Shown: positions 26,485-39,437 of the stretch, piece after piece | Layout of the letters: the number at the start of each line of letters is the position of its first letter | How positions within the stretch are numbered: position 1 is the stretch's first letter | Assembly (NCBI GenBank): GCA_040954595.2 | Contig: CM082592.2 | Location: 2,419,362-2,483,361 of the forward strand | Reading direction: 5' to 3' | Source of the DNA: Balanoglossus misakiensis | Taxonomy: Eukaryota; Animalia; Hemichordata | Length of the DNA stretch: 64,000 nt | The notes under the pieces: generated by a model | Told to the model about the DNA's origin: nothing | Seen by the model: only the letters and a program-made list of their open reading frames with translations | The model's database searches: none | Made by a program: the position numbers and the translations under genes

Positions 26485-27512
26485 AGTAAACCCTCTTACA
26501 TGGACTTTAATAGTAGCGGGGAAAAATATCTCTCAGATCTTGTCGCTTTTCATTTTATATAAACACTACTACACACAGCAGTTCTTCATAGAAATAGAGC
26601 CTTTTTTTGCTTTTTGTTATGGCAGAGCTAGGCCCCCTCATACATGTCCACACCATCAGGTTATAGGTCAACTGACATCTGAGGCTCAGTAATGGATTTT
26701 TCTCTATTCTAACTCCTCTGTGCGTATTGAATTTTGAAAGAAAAAATGACATTTCACTGAGTGATATTGACACTGATACGGAGAGATCATTGCTGATTTA
26801 AGTATTCACAGCGAGATTAAGAATAAAGAGCATTTATAAGACGCCATTGTGTGATTCGATCTTCTGTTTTAATCTGTTACTCCCATGTTGATTCTTGGTG
26901 AGGCGGACGTTGAAAAGGCAGCTAAGTTTACCGTTGTTCCTCGCATGATGGCAGTATATACTGACCGGTGGATGCTGATGTTGGAGGACAGTTACCCGTT
27001 GGTGACAGAAAACTGCCACCGCCGGTACTGTCCGCACACTTCGCACTCAGTACAACGGCGCCATTGTTGAAATATTTGTATCTGGGATAATTTCTGTGAA
27101 TTCTGGTAAAATTGGATTATCAAATCGTTTTCAACTTCTGTGGGCCTTTATTCCCTTTGAATAACACAGTGTTCAACATTGACATTATTTTGGACTCTGA
27201 CCATTCCTGATTTGTAGCGCTCCTACACGTCAAGTGAAATTCTTTAAGGCGTTAACATTGAAGTGCTGAATACTATAGTAGATGATTTTCCTCTCATTGC
27301 GAGATCTCGCGAGACTAGGTTGTGTTCCGTAGCAACTTGCCAAGTAATACAAGTCAAGCTTTGTATGAAATTATAATTAGGTGCCGAGTTTAACAAAAAT
27401 GTAACTTTTGTGCCCTGTTTTGTTTGTGTTGTCACATGAGAATACCCTCGGCGCCGTACAAACTTCTTAGCCAGGCGAGATCTCTCTTAGAGTTCTGAAA
27501 ATTGTCTCAGTA

Positions 27513-29077
27513 TTAGACTTTGAGATGCTCTAAATACTCCAGATTCTGTTCTGGATGATAGTACTTGCAGTTATAGTTGTCGGTATCGTTAATACGTCTG
27601 TAGGAACAATATTCAGCATTTGCCAAAAATGTGACGTTTCCCTCTGGATGCCAGCGTATAAAAATGGAGAGTTTCTCTGGGCACACCTATTGAAGAAAAC
27701 AGCGAATTGTCAGTCGCTGTTTTCTTGTCCTGTATACGAGAATTAATTTTTTAATTTAATAGCAAAACAAACCACATTCCGAAAAGTGGCGGATAATGGT
27801 TCGGGGTCGTAATTAGAGAATTGTTATCAAGCTGGTAGAACTGGAAATTGTATGCAAAACTAGTATGGCATGTACGCCCATTCTTCCTTTTTTGAAGCCA
27901 AAATCCAATTTCTGACTTTGATATGAAATCAACACCCGGAGAGAATTGGAATAATGTTAACCTGTCATTATATTGAATATTTAGACAGATACCAAAAGAA
28001 TACTTAAAGGGACAAAGTCTCTCTCTCGCTGCCCTTTACCCATGATTAATATAATTATGTTAGATACAAGGCAACGTTTATGTTATTCTACATGTGGATA
28101 TATACTAGTAGTAGAGACCGTTTTGGTGAGTTTTTCACACTCGTGTCTACGAGTGGAATGGAAGCTGTGTTTAGTCGAACGTTGATTCACTGTATATATC
28201 CACATGTAGAATAACATAAACAGTGTCTTGTATTAAACATAGAAACAAACAAACGGGAAAATGGGCGAGAGAGCGACTTTGTCCCTTTAATATTCTCTTC
28301 AAACTTACATCAAGGTCGTAGCACGTTTCGACGAGTCTGTTGTTAACGTACATGTGAAGTGTGCAATTCATGCAGCCTCTAACCAGTTCGTCATCGGATA
28401 TCATGGAACCCTGCAGTGAAATGAAGCAATGGAATAACGAAGCAAATACAGAGTGAACAGAGAGGAAAAGTTAATTTAAACAGGTGATATCGCATGCACG
28501 AAGGTGTTTGTATAGTGCATCGTGGACCCGCAAGTCACCACCGGGAAATTGAATCTTCCAGTGCTAGGCTACTCGTCTGTGAAATGCCATCGATGCGATA
28601 TTGACCACCTCGCCTTTCAAGTATCAGACATACAATCGCTAAAATTATATACTTGTCTAGTTACTATGCACTCGTCTTCGATTACTCCACCACACTCGTT
28701 AGGAATGCCTGGGAAAATATTATCCATAATTGTGTTTTTAAGATCTTATTTTGCTTTACCAGGCTTGTCAGTGTGTCCAACTTGTCAATCACAATGTCCA
28801 CGGCTCGGAATGTATTTGTTGGTCCGATGAAACTGCCGACAACTTTCAAAAACCTGGTCGTGTGAATCGGATCCTCATTTTCCAATATGTCGGGTAGCAT
28901 CATGATCTCGTCGAAACACTCCACGCCGTGCGTTTAGACAATATCGTATACGGCGTCGTTGTAAGCCGTGATTTTGGCAGAGGAACAAACCCATGGCTGA
29001 GAACGGAATGGATGCCCGGCTTCGAGGCCACGATACACGATGACCAGAAGAGCAGATACGACAAACAGCAACCTCAT
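27513..29077 (-). pseudogene. Paralog A of an unrecognised secreted Cys-containing protein; nonsense codon in exon 1
   Basis: Exons 29077-28760, 28410-28309 and 27686-~27513 (phase 0, GT-AG). Signal-peptide-like MRLLFVVSALLVIV. TAA at 28934-28936 where paralog B has TCA (Ser). Further in-frame stops occur late in exon 3. Confidence 0.75.
28008..28286. mobile_element. TTAA-flanked Kolobok-like foldback MITE, copy 1
   Basis: TTAA|AGGGACAAAGTC...GACTTTGTCCCT|TTAA with a largely palindromic body. Lies in intron 2 of paralog A. Confidence 0.85.
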
Positions 29078-29651
29078 TGTACGCGTTTACCTGTAGAAGC
29101 AAGAATTACCTCTCCATAAAATGATATAGCAGGTTTATACCATCAGGGACAAACTCCTATACGAAGAAGTACGAAGCCCCGATCAAACAACGATAATATT
29201 TCATTAGATTACAATGTTGCTACTAAACCGGATTTTATAAGCATTCTTTTATTTCATGACAATTAATTTTATGGCAGAATGGACACAGCCCAAAAAAAAA
29301 TTGCCGAAAGTTTGAGCATTATTCAACTCTTTCCGCCACAGATATGCATATCCCCGCAACGAATCTACTTCAGTCTTGCTGCAAAACTTTGTGATATTGA
29401 AATGCGTCCGCGTATAGAAAATCCTGTGGACGCGACGCTAATGCATCGTCGCTCTGCTTGGCGACGTGTCGTAATAGAGACTATACGAAGTTACAAACAT
29501 AAAACTACACGGAAAAATATACTTACCTCTTACTGCTTAGCTTTGAAAGTGTGCAACGAAAGCTTACATGCATCTGCACGGATGAATTCTTTAATGTTTG
29601 TGCACGAATTTTATAAATACTGTCACGATGTGTGTGTTATTTAAAAATTAT

Positions 29652-29961
29652 ATTATACCAGTATATTGATGGTGTAAATCACGCTATTTGATTGGCCGAG
29701 ACACGACACGTGACCGTGATATATTAGCCATATACCACAGTCATATATCATAGTCAAAGAAAATGCCTTTTTAAAATGTTTTATGCAAAGTTTCAATATA
29801 CTGGCATAATAAAATAGCAATAAAACACCCCCAGCCATGGTATACCACTCGATTTTGACCAGTTCAACTCCATATACGCACTCGCTATCGCTCGTGCGTA
29901 TATGTCGTGAACTGGTCAAAATCTCGTGGTATACCATGGCTGGGGGTGTTTTATTGCTTAA
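29652..29961. mobile_element. Hairpin-ended element, Crypton-like non-autonomous (tentative class)
   Basis: Near-perfect ~140-bp hairpin at 29816-29958 ending ttattgcttaa. No TSD or TIR pair. The class is inferred from structure only. Confidence 0.5.
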
Positions 29962-30513
29962 CTACAGGAAAGTTTTTTTTTTAAATAGTTTATATTAGAA
30001 AATGAAAATTTAAAAAAAAATAGTAGTTATACAGAAGAATGCTGGTTGATTTTTTTTCGGTTTTATTAATGCCACGCGTACAACTGCTGAACATATAATT
30101 CTGACGTTGTTATGTCCAAGTCCCATTTTCAATTGCAGCTTACTTAACTCATGTTAATAGATATCAAATATTCACTTTTCTTAATGGAAGCGTCATTGCA
30201 TTTAGCATTCGTTTTAGTACTCTTGACTGTATTGGTACTAACCATGCAACGAACCAAGAATTACCAAAAAGGAAACCAAGAGAGATTGGAAACCACATAT
30301 GCTTAATATATAGAAGGTTGGCTATCACAGATGTCTTGCACGTTTCTAGATGACTGGTCCAAGCACAACAGAAATCGCATCTTTCAGCTGGGTCTCCGTG
30401 AAATGAAATGGCACCGGGAACTGAACTGATTTTTACACGAAGGCTGGGCAAATACTGCCATTAACAAAAGCACAATACCAGATTCATTTTGAAGTATTAG
30501 TTTATTTTATTTA

Positions 30514-30753
30514 TATATAGTGAATCAACGTTCAACCACACACACCTTACAGCCCGCTTGTAGACACGAGAGTGAAAAACTAGCCAAAATGAATAAATTG
30601 TAGAGTTTTTCACTCTCGTGTCTACAAGTGGGCTGTAAGGTGTGTGTGGTTGAACGTTGATTTACTATATATCCACATGTAGAATAACATAAATGGTGTC
30701 TTGTATCAAACAAGGTTAATGGAAAAGGGGTAGTGAGAGGGAAACTTTGTCCT
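30514..30753. mobile_element. Kolobok-like foldback MITE, copy 2 (left end deleted)
   Basis: Right end ACTTTGTCCT|TTAA (30754-30757). Internal palindrome homologous to copies 1 and 3. Confidence 0.8.
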
Positions 30754-30757
30754 TTAA

Positions 30758-32233
30758 CATCGGCACAATCAATTGCACGCGGTGCAGTCTGTAACTCCAA
30801 ATCGTGTTCAGGGTGATAGAACTTGCAGTAGTAACTGTAGGTGTCTTCAGAACCTCTGTATAGGCACAGTACTCAACGTTGACAGAAAAGGTGACATTTC
30901 CTGGTGGATTCCAGTAGAGTGCCTGGGAGAGTTTCTCGGGACATATCTAAATATTAAAATATAATAATAAAAAGATTCAATTTTCACCATTATGATTTTT
31001 TTCACAAATGTCCTGTTGCGTGGGAAATACAAGACTCCCTAAAAGATTGCAGAATTCCAAAGTCAGAGGGTAGTGTTCCAGGCAAACATATTACACAGAA
31101 TGAAAATACCGAGAGAATTATCAAAAGTTACGGACAGTGGATCTTTGATTAAACTTACGTCCATGTCTTTGCACGTTTCAGCGAGTCTTTCCTCGGTATA
31201 GACGTTAACTGTACACTCTAAACACTCTATGACAGATTCGTCGTCAGATATCCTGGTTCCCTGTGGGAAAAAGAAGCAACGTATTGTTCTCAATACAGGA
31301 GGGACTGTGATCGACGTGTGAAACTCAGAGTTGCAACTAAGCTACCCGTTCGCTTAAAAGGACAAAGTCTCTCTCCTTGCTGCCCCCTTTTCCATTATTA
31401 TGTTTGATACAAGACACTGTTTATGTTAATGTACATGTACATGTGGATATATAGTGAATCAATGATCAACCACACAAAACTTCCATCCCACTTGTATGAT
31501 ATGAGAGTAAAAACTCGCCCAAAATGAATAAATGGTAAAGAACGATTATTCATTTTGGCGATTTTTTCACTCTCCTGTCTATAAGAAGGATGGAAGTTGT
31601 GTGTGGTTGAACGCTCATTCACTATATATCCACATGTAGAATAACAAACGGTGTCTTGTATCAAATATAATTAATGGAAAAAGGGCAGCGAGAGACAGAC
31701 TTTGTCCCTTTAAAGTGAAAGGGTCGTCGCGCCGCGCTTGTTTTTAAACATTACAATTCATCCACAAATCCCTCAAGTAATAACATTCTTAGATCCTAGT
31801 AGGTCGTGGCGACTGCAGTGAGGTTTGTGCGAGTATTTGAGGACATATTCTCGACAAGGGGGACACCCACGCGGCGCGACGACCCCTTCCCTTTAAAATT
31901 GTATATATTTACCATGTTTATCGCGGCTGTGTCCAACTTGTCACTCACAACGTTCACGCTTCTGTATGTATTTGTTGGTCCGATATAACTACCAACAACT
32001 TTCACGAACTTGGCAGTTAAAATCGGCGTCTCTTTCTCCAGTGCGTCCGGTAACACCATTATCTCTTCGATACACTCAACGCCGTGAGTTGATATAATAT
32101 CAAATATGGTATTGTCGTATCCCTTGATTTTGGACGCCGTACAAACCCATGGCTTTGAACGAAACGGGAGGTTGGCTTCGAAACTACTGTACACGACGCC
32201 CAGAAGCGTCGATACGACCAGCAACAACTTCAT
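30758..32233 (-). pseudogene. Paralog B of the secreted Cys-containing protein; 2-bp frameshift and MITE truncation in exon 3
   Basis: Exons 32233-31913 (107 aa, MKLLLVVSTLLGVVYSSFEA...), 31260-31159 (34 aa) and 30946-~30758. The first two match A in structure. An extra TA at 30859-30862 shifts the frame; removing it restores CAYRGSEDTYSYYCKFYHPE, which aligns with A's CSYRRINDTDNYNCKYYHPE. Confidence 0.7.
31358..31709. mobile_element. Kolobok-like foldback MITE, copy 3
   Basis: TTAA|AAGGACAAAGTC...GACTTTGTCCCT|TTAA. Lies in the first coding intron of paralog B. Confidence 0.85.
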
Positions 32234-32944
32234 GGCGTGTTGACCTGTAAAAATTAGAAAATATGTGATGCCTCTATTCAAGAAATGCGTGCATGAAAAA
32301 AACACACATCCATTTCAAGCCTTGATCACGCACGTATATATACGCACTGATCAAAACACGATCGTATGATAGTTCAATTATATTTAAATATCGTTAATTA
32401 ATTATTTGTTTGTTTCATTTTCATCTTTGATTTTTTATATAATTTTATGACAGAAGGGCCACAGCAAACCACAAACTCGGCGAGTGTTGACAAGTAATTT
32501 CAGTATTTCTTCCGCAGCAGAAACGCATGCCCCTGAACATTACCACATGGAAAATAAAAAAACATGCAATTTGTCGGTTAGCGGTGATTTTCAGACAAAT
32601 ACCAGAAAATAAATAAACAAACGCATCCACTTACCCACTCGTCGTTGGCTTTTAAATATTGGACCGACAGTTATCTGCACGCACAGATGAATGTAGCCTA
32701 TATTTCTTTAAAAATTACAAAACAAAACGCGAACACTATCGATTTTGCAAACAAGATCCAATCACCAATCAGAGTTATTTCAGCTTGTTCCATCAAAATA
32801 GAACAAATTGCGAAAATAGCATGACGAGCTTCGGAATACAGAATACCTTTTCGAATTATTCGAGTCCCGTGTACGACTAGTGAAATGTATAGCCATAAAC
32901 TGAGGCAATTATGATGGCAGTTTCAAATGTCACACTTTACCAAT

Positions 32945-33009
32945 CTCTCTCTCTCTCTGTCTCTGTCTCTCTCTCTCTCTCTCTCTGACTCTCTTTCTCT
33001 CTCTCTGTC

Positions 33010-33064
<55 letters not shown>

Positions 33065-33123
33065 GTCTCTCTGTGTGTGTCTCTCTCTCTCTGTCTCTCT
33101 CTGTCTCTGACTCTCTTTCTCTC
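32945..33123. repeat. Imperfect (CT)n microsatellite
   Basis: ~180 bp of CT/GT dinucleotides. Confidence 0.97.
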
Positions 33124-34965
33124 GCGCGCGATTGGATCCACTACAAGAAATAAGAGGCGCGCCGAGTTCTCATCTGTGAAACTCAAAAACAATTAGTTGC
33201 TTACATCATACTGTCGATGCCCTTGATTCTTTTATTTCATAGAATAATATGTGTTTTGTTATTTCCGACTTAAAGATAGGCCTATATCACACAAAATAAT
33301 TCATCTGGTCATGTGTATGTCCAATTCAAAGGAGCCAAAGTCTGGTCACTGTTTGCGTAGCTTATCAGACTGTTTGTCGATCTGTCCAATGCTTAAAATG
33401 TGTTGAGTGGCGTGTCTTGTTATGAAGTATTGGGGACGGATGGACGTTTATATTGTATATGTATGTCGTGGGACAAATTTACAGGGGAGTTCTTTGAAAA
33501 CAAAGAAAATATATATATGTATTTTGCAATGTTTGCAAATGGGGTATTGTGGTCAAAATGTCTGAAGTTAAAAACATGAACATAAATGAAGTGTTAAAAT
33601 AAGAATTTAAGAACAAACAAGAAAATGTTAAAAATATTGTACACCATATTTATTTGCATCAAGTTTCATGAGCATGGTTCCACTGTCAGATGTCACTTGG
33701 TTTGAAAATCAATGATATATGGGACAGATCCTGAAAATTCGAAGGAAGTATCACGAGTCTATGTGCTAAATGTTGTCATTCTGAAGAAGAGTTTCGTCTA
33801 AAATGTGGTATTCAACTATCTTAATGAAAACAACTTACAGACGTTTATGGAAAAGGTCTGCAGTACGTAAATTTCAGTTTCCTGAATAGTATCACAGTTA
33901 CTCCATTTTGTCAATTTCCAATCAAAATGCTGAAATACTGGCAAATATAAGTTCTATGGAAAAGGATTACGCGTTATTTGTTTTCATATCCACTTTACTT
34001 GTCTACTTCCAGAGCCAAAATGCCAAATTAATGCAAGTCACGTGTTTCAAAACTCAAGAAAACAGACTTTCGCTCATAAAACCGTTCAATGATACAATGC
34101 TACTGGATTACTGTTCTTCCGGTTGAAGAGGATCTAGTAAAGAAACGCATACTATAAAATTTACAAAAATAGAAATTCCTTAAAGCTTTTCCTTGTGCCA
34201 TAATTACCACGACAATATAAGATTAAGTTTACTGTGGAGTTCACGTACAATGTATTAAGCTATCATAGAGACTCCAAATTCTACAATATATGCTGCCTTC
34301 TGAGTTTAACTGGAAGATAGACAGCCAACATTGAAGAAAAATCCCAACTATAGTCAAGGCTGAGGGTTTTGCATGAGAAATCGTTCCAAAATACGTCATC
34401 TTAAAATCAAGGACACATCCTGTCAATGCGAGTATGTAAAATATGCTTATCCATCAAGATTGAAATACTAATGTCAAGATATTCGAATAAACGTTTACAA
34501 CTAAACAGGGAAACACTAATATCGTCATTTTCTACTATTTCCGATTTCGTAGACACTATATTTTACAGGCACTGCTCTGAAGCGTTATATCTGAAAATGT
34601 AATTTCACAGTAACGAACAATATTAAACCTGTCAGTTACTCTCATAATCTAGCACTAAATGAATGCTGCATTGAGCAAAAAATGTACAGAACAAAAATTT
34701 TCGCGACACAAATCATCAGTGTATGCTAACATTGTTAGACATCAATACAAGTTCATTAGCAGTTTGACCATAATTTCTAACGTTTGGCAAGATCAAAGAC
34801 TCTTCCTCAGTGCTCAGATAGGAGCACCAAATATCAACCCGACACTGCTGACAGTGCCAACCAAGGGAGTTGTTGGATGGGTCAAAGTCTTCTCGACGAC
34901 TGAGTCCTACATTGGTGAATCTGTCCATACACAAACCATGCAAGGGAAGGTATTCCACTGATGAA

Positions 34966-36711
34966 TTAAGCCCACATCATGGGATCCGGTGGGAAAGCTG
35001 CAAGGAGAGGGAAAGATGTCAGTATATAATTATGTTTCTTCAAACACCGCAGCCAAACAACCAATCATCCCACCAAATAACCAGCCAACTAAGTATTAAG
35101 AGAGCCACATGTTTAACATATTAATTAGATTTGCAAACAGACTGAAGAAGTTGTACCCACCCTTCCCCAAGTCTCTCGATGCAAATTCCTCTTCGAATGC
35201 TTTCTCCGATTTTTCTTTCAGTAGGTTTTCATATTTTTTCCTTTCCTCGTCGTTTCCCAGTAGCATGTATAGTCGAATAAGAAAATAGACTCCTGAAATT
35301 GAATGACATAATGGCAGACTATGAGAAGTTACATTTGTAGATACTGAAAAATAATTGGCCGCCTCATTTTATACTAGTCTTTTAACTGAAGATTATGTAT
35401 GAACACAATCTGAAACACCAATATCTCGTCCCCGAAAGGAAAAAAAAAACGAACAAAACTAAAGTAGAATTTAGACGGATATTAGTAAATCTGCAGAACG
35501 GATGAATTAGCTGTAATGTATAGCCAGTTTTACAGTCAAGGGATACTTTTTATGAACAACTGAAATCGCGACTAAATTCATCAATAGCAGTTGAAACAAT
35601 CAACAAAATATTTCGAAAAGACAAAACTTACAAATAACTTTAATCAATGTTTGTTTTAAGCATTCGTTTTTTTTTCATTCAAATGTTACTGGTCAGCTTT
35701 GCAAGTCATGACTAAGACGTGCCGCAGTCAGTCAGTGCTGATCAACCTATAACGCTATACATGATTTCAAAGGTGATTGTCAGTGAAACAAATTGAAGTA
35801 CCTATCTGCCAGCTGTCGAATTGCTCATAGTGGGACAGAACGCACTCTTTGATCTTCAGTGCCTTTGTCAAGAGGCCTTCAGCTTCTTCGTATTTACTGA
35901 CATCCTCGTTCGCGAGATAAAACACAGCAAGGTCAGTCATTCCTTTAAACAAAGAAAACCATTTACGTCATTTTGGAATAATATGTACAACAACTGAAGT
36001 ATCACACTTGGCAATATTCCAAACAAAGGTGACCTGTTACAAAACTATTTATTGAGCCAATGTCCAACTCTGATGAACAGCAATCTATTTCGTATGGTAT
36101 AAATACGTTTTCCGTCGTCATTAATATTTCACCAAACGAATTTTATGTTTCTGATCAAACCCTGTAATAACAAACCCTGATCAAACCCTGTAAACAGTAA
36201 TATTCAGTTTAAAGTTCACATGTACTCACCAATCGCAATGCTTATATGGTTGCCATTATCTTTGGATCCCCAAACCTTCTTCTTCATTTCCAGGGACTCC
36301 CGAAACAGTGTCTCTATTTTGCCTGTGTCAACTGGCTCCTTTCGGCGGAGAAAAACTGCATATTCATGCATGGCTGAAAGAGCAATCAAGAGAGTGCAAT
36401 GATCGCAGTTCGCTCAAAACGGTGATTATGATATACACAAATGTACAGATGCCACGATGGTTTGTATACAGAGAGCTGTAATGGTAGTTCTTTGCCCGTT
36501 AATGTGCAGTTATAAAATAACAAGAATATATTATACTTGCATATACCTATGGCCGTCCATTTTCCTGGCTCATTCTTGTAGTGTTTCTGACAAATTTTGA
36601 TTGCCGTCTGGAATTTGCCTTCAATTTCATTCACAGTGCTTTCGTCAGGAATGGGCTTGTTGTAGTCCCTCGCGTATCCTCCTTCGAGGGCCATCGCTTG
36701 TATATTGTACA
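34966..36711 (-). CDS. 3' five exons of a TPR-repeat protein (kinesin-light-chain/NPHP3-type long TPR); 5' end unresolved
   Basis: Exons 36711-36547, 36373-36230, 35942-35802, 35292-35161 and 34997-34966 have GT-AG phase-1 introns and are open when joined. Repeats AMHEYAVFL...IETLFRESLEMKKKVWG and GMTDLAVFY...YEEAEGLLTKALKIKECVL fit the TPR pattern. Ends AFPPDPMMWA*. Confidence 0.8.
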
Positions 36712-36924
36712 CTGTGGTTCATAAAAATGTCAACCCTCAAGATACATTGGGTTTAGGTTAATGATTGGTGGGATTTTGTTTTATCAAACTTGTGGTAAAA
36801 GTTTATAAACAATATGAAAAAAAACAACATTCTAATGTGTTGGGAAACAAGGTACTGATATCCGCTTTTGTATGTGCGCACATTTTAAACGAAATAGTAA
36901 CGATTAATAGAATCTCACACTACA

Positions 36925-37055
36925 AAGGACCTGGGATCATATTTCTTACACGAGTTGGGGATTTTCTGTCCCACACGAGCCGTAGGCAAGTGTGGGACAA
37001 AATTCAGTGAGAGTGTGGGATCGATTTGTTCTCACACTCTGATCCCACACTCCCA
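36925..37055. repeat. Imperfect hairpin element (Crypton-like, tentative)
   Basis: Core tgtcccacacgagccgtaggcaagtgtgggaca with repeated gtgggat/atcccac motifs. Confidence 0.4.
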
Positions 37056-37193
37056 GCGTGCCAGGAGTGTGAGAGGAAGACTGTGACATCCAAAGGCGGT
37101 GTTAAATTACAGCATTTAGGCACTTTACATACATCTGCTTCTAACACTACCAATTATCCGAATGGCATGACACTATACTCACACTTTGCCATG

Positions 37194-38586
37194 GAGTGTA
37201 ACTATTGTGCGGGTCATGCGGGCTGCGGGTCAGTGCGGGTTGCGGGTTGCGGGCCGGTGCGGGTTGCGGGCCAGTGCGGGTCAACACTTTCAATATGACA
37301 ATCATGTCCTAAGATTGTTGAAAAAGATATCCTGTAACCAGCACACACCATATCATACACAAATAAACACAAGTTTTTTTTAAAATATGTATGTAAATTT
37401 TTATTCAATAACTCTGTGTCTTATATTTCCATTTTTCTGCTTGTCCACTTGCAAGGGATAAAGTTTTTGTTTCTAAGAAACAATCCAGCTCTGGCCAGGA
37501 AGTCAAATAGGGACTTAACACGAGATCTTCTTTGAAAATATGATGTCGTCCATGGTTTATTATGTCGCATAAGCCTATCAGTATGACATCACTGAAATAA
37601 AGTGGTAAGAACATCACTATTAGTACCAACATTTTCTAAACAAGCAAAGATTGTCAATTTTCACAATCTGCTGATTCAAGATTGTTCAATTCAAGTTTTG
37701 CAAGTACTTGCTTGACAAGTTAATTTGATTTTATGTATTTTTCACTTTAAAATGTACACTACAACAAACAAAAACAAAAATGTCCCAAGTGCAGGGATAA
37801 CACAGAAAGGTTAAGAACTTATTTCCACTACGGTCCCACAAATAATATCAGACTGCTTTTAAGACCTCGAGGGATAACACATTATGAAAATCAAATCCTC
37901 TTCATATGTCATCAAAATGTGAAAAAACCAACTAGGCTTTGTACGCGTAAAACTAGACTAGCCCACTAGTCGCTTGGTGATTTTTAAATCTCAATACTTT
38001 TTGTGTTTTCGGTGTTTTCATGTCTGCCTTGAGCGTGTTTTTGGTAGTGAGGCAAGTTTCGAATTTGGGACTGAGCTTGTGGTTTCGGGTAGCGTCGCGT
38101 TTCCTACACATAACATGCATAATGAAGCCCATAGACTTGGAGCAAGTCTAGCGTAAAACATATTACATGGGGTTAGGTTGAGTGCGTGACACGCAGCTCG
38201 AGTCATAGATGCAATCACGACAATCTTTTACAATACAAATCATTATACTTTGCATATGAATAACGATTCTAAATAATAAGATCGCTCGGTACGTACCTAA
38301 TGTCGGCGGACATTTTGACCGGATGGCGGGAAAGCATGACGTCACTGGTTGCGCAATACACGACCCGCACTGCAGCCAGCATCCTTGGTCGATTCCATTG
38401 TAATATTGAAAGATGTTGTATTTTTCGAGGTATTCACGAAAGTTATTATGGTATAAGAGGAACTGGGATTATATTTTGGGTTCATTTTATTCCAAGAAAC
38501 AATTGCACAGAAGTCTCATTCGTTTTTGGGGCGACCCGCAAATTGGCCCGCACTTTGACCCGCTGACCCGCAAAATAACGATACTG
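37194..38586. mobile_element. Non-autonomous DNA transposon with 5-bp TSD (hAT5-like, tentative)
   Basis: CCATG at 37189-37193 and 38587-38591. Imperfect 23-bp TIRs (gAGTgtaacTATTgTGCGGGTCA / cAGTatcgtTATTtTGCGGGTCA). Clustered subterminal GCGGG/CCCGC motifs. Confidence 0.65.
37954..38150 (+). repeat. Dispersed repeat copy 2 (unclassified), inside the 37194-38586 element
   Basis: Similar to 8748-8975. Confidence 0.8.
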
Positions 38587-39238
38587 CCATGTCGATGGGT
38601 ACTCAAAATTTCGGAGTTTCCAGTGATTTTCCTCCGGCCCCGCTCAAGGGCGTAAATCATGACATTCCCATAAGACTGTTATTGGTCAAAAGCAATACAT
38701 TGTCGACAGATTTTGTGGAGGGTGGAGTTGGAAGTAACAACATACATGACATGATTTTTCTGGAATCTTGAGTTATTTGGTATAAGACTACCTGATTGAA
38801 ATATTTTGAGGCCCAACATTAAGAAGATGTTGTTTTTTTATTGTACACATTCTGAAATGTGTTATCACAATGCACTATTATAGTGTAGCTGTAGAAGTTT
38901 GTGAAACGCGGAAAAAAGTTGAACAGAAAGTATTATCTAATTGATGGCTGCAGGTTAAAATTCCGAGAACTTTGAGAGATTTGGGAGCAAAAAAGACTGA
39001 CCTTTTGCAACAACGCCATAGACCTACCCTAAATGGGGAGTTACTGCACTAACTTCGAGAAAATTGGCTCGACTATGTAACGTACTTTTGATATAATAAA
39101 CTGCTAAATTTAAATTACCTTTGTCATTTAATAGTGATGTTTGTTTAGGCCTATAATTAACACTAAAATATGAAGAAATCTGGCTCAAATATTGTTTGCG
39201 TATACAGACAAGTGATTTAACCACTGAGAGAATTAGGC

Positions 39239-39437
39239 GGATCTGGTTCTCTTAGTGGACACGACTATACCCCATGGGCGATACCATGGTTTTTTAGGGT
39301 TAGGGTTAGGAGGGTTAGGGTTAAACTCACCCTCACATTGCCACCCCTAACCCTCCTAACCCTAACCCTAACTCACCCTCATTGCCATGGTATCGTTGCC
39401 ATGGGGTATAGTCGTGTCCACTAAGTGAACCAGATCC
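39239..39437. mobile_element. 199-bp palindromic MITE with internal TTAGGG/CCCTAA repeats (Merlin-like termini)
   Basis: 8-bp TSD AATTAGGC (39231-39238 / 39438-39445). ~39-bp TIR GGATCTGGTTC(T/A)CTTAGTGGACACGACTATACCCCATGG. Confidence 0.85.

Noticed and set aside
27507-27509. In-frame TGA in paralog A aligning with a Cys of paralog B (possible selenocysteine)
   Set aside because: It is preceded by two TAA stops in the same gene and no SECIS was identified. Pseudogene decay is the simpler explanation.
39295-39371. Ancestral telomere-telomere fusion site
   Set aside because: The inverted telomeric repeats are short and enclosed by TIRs and an 8-bp TSD, so they are part of a MITE.
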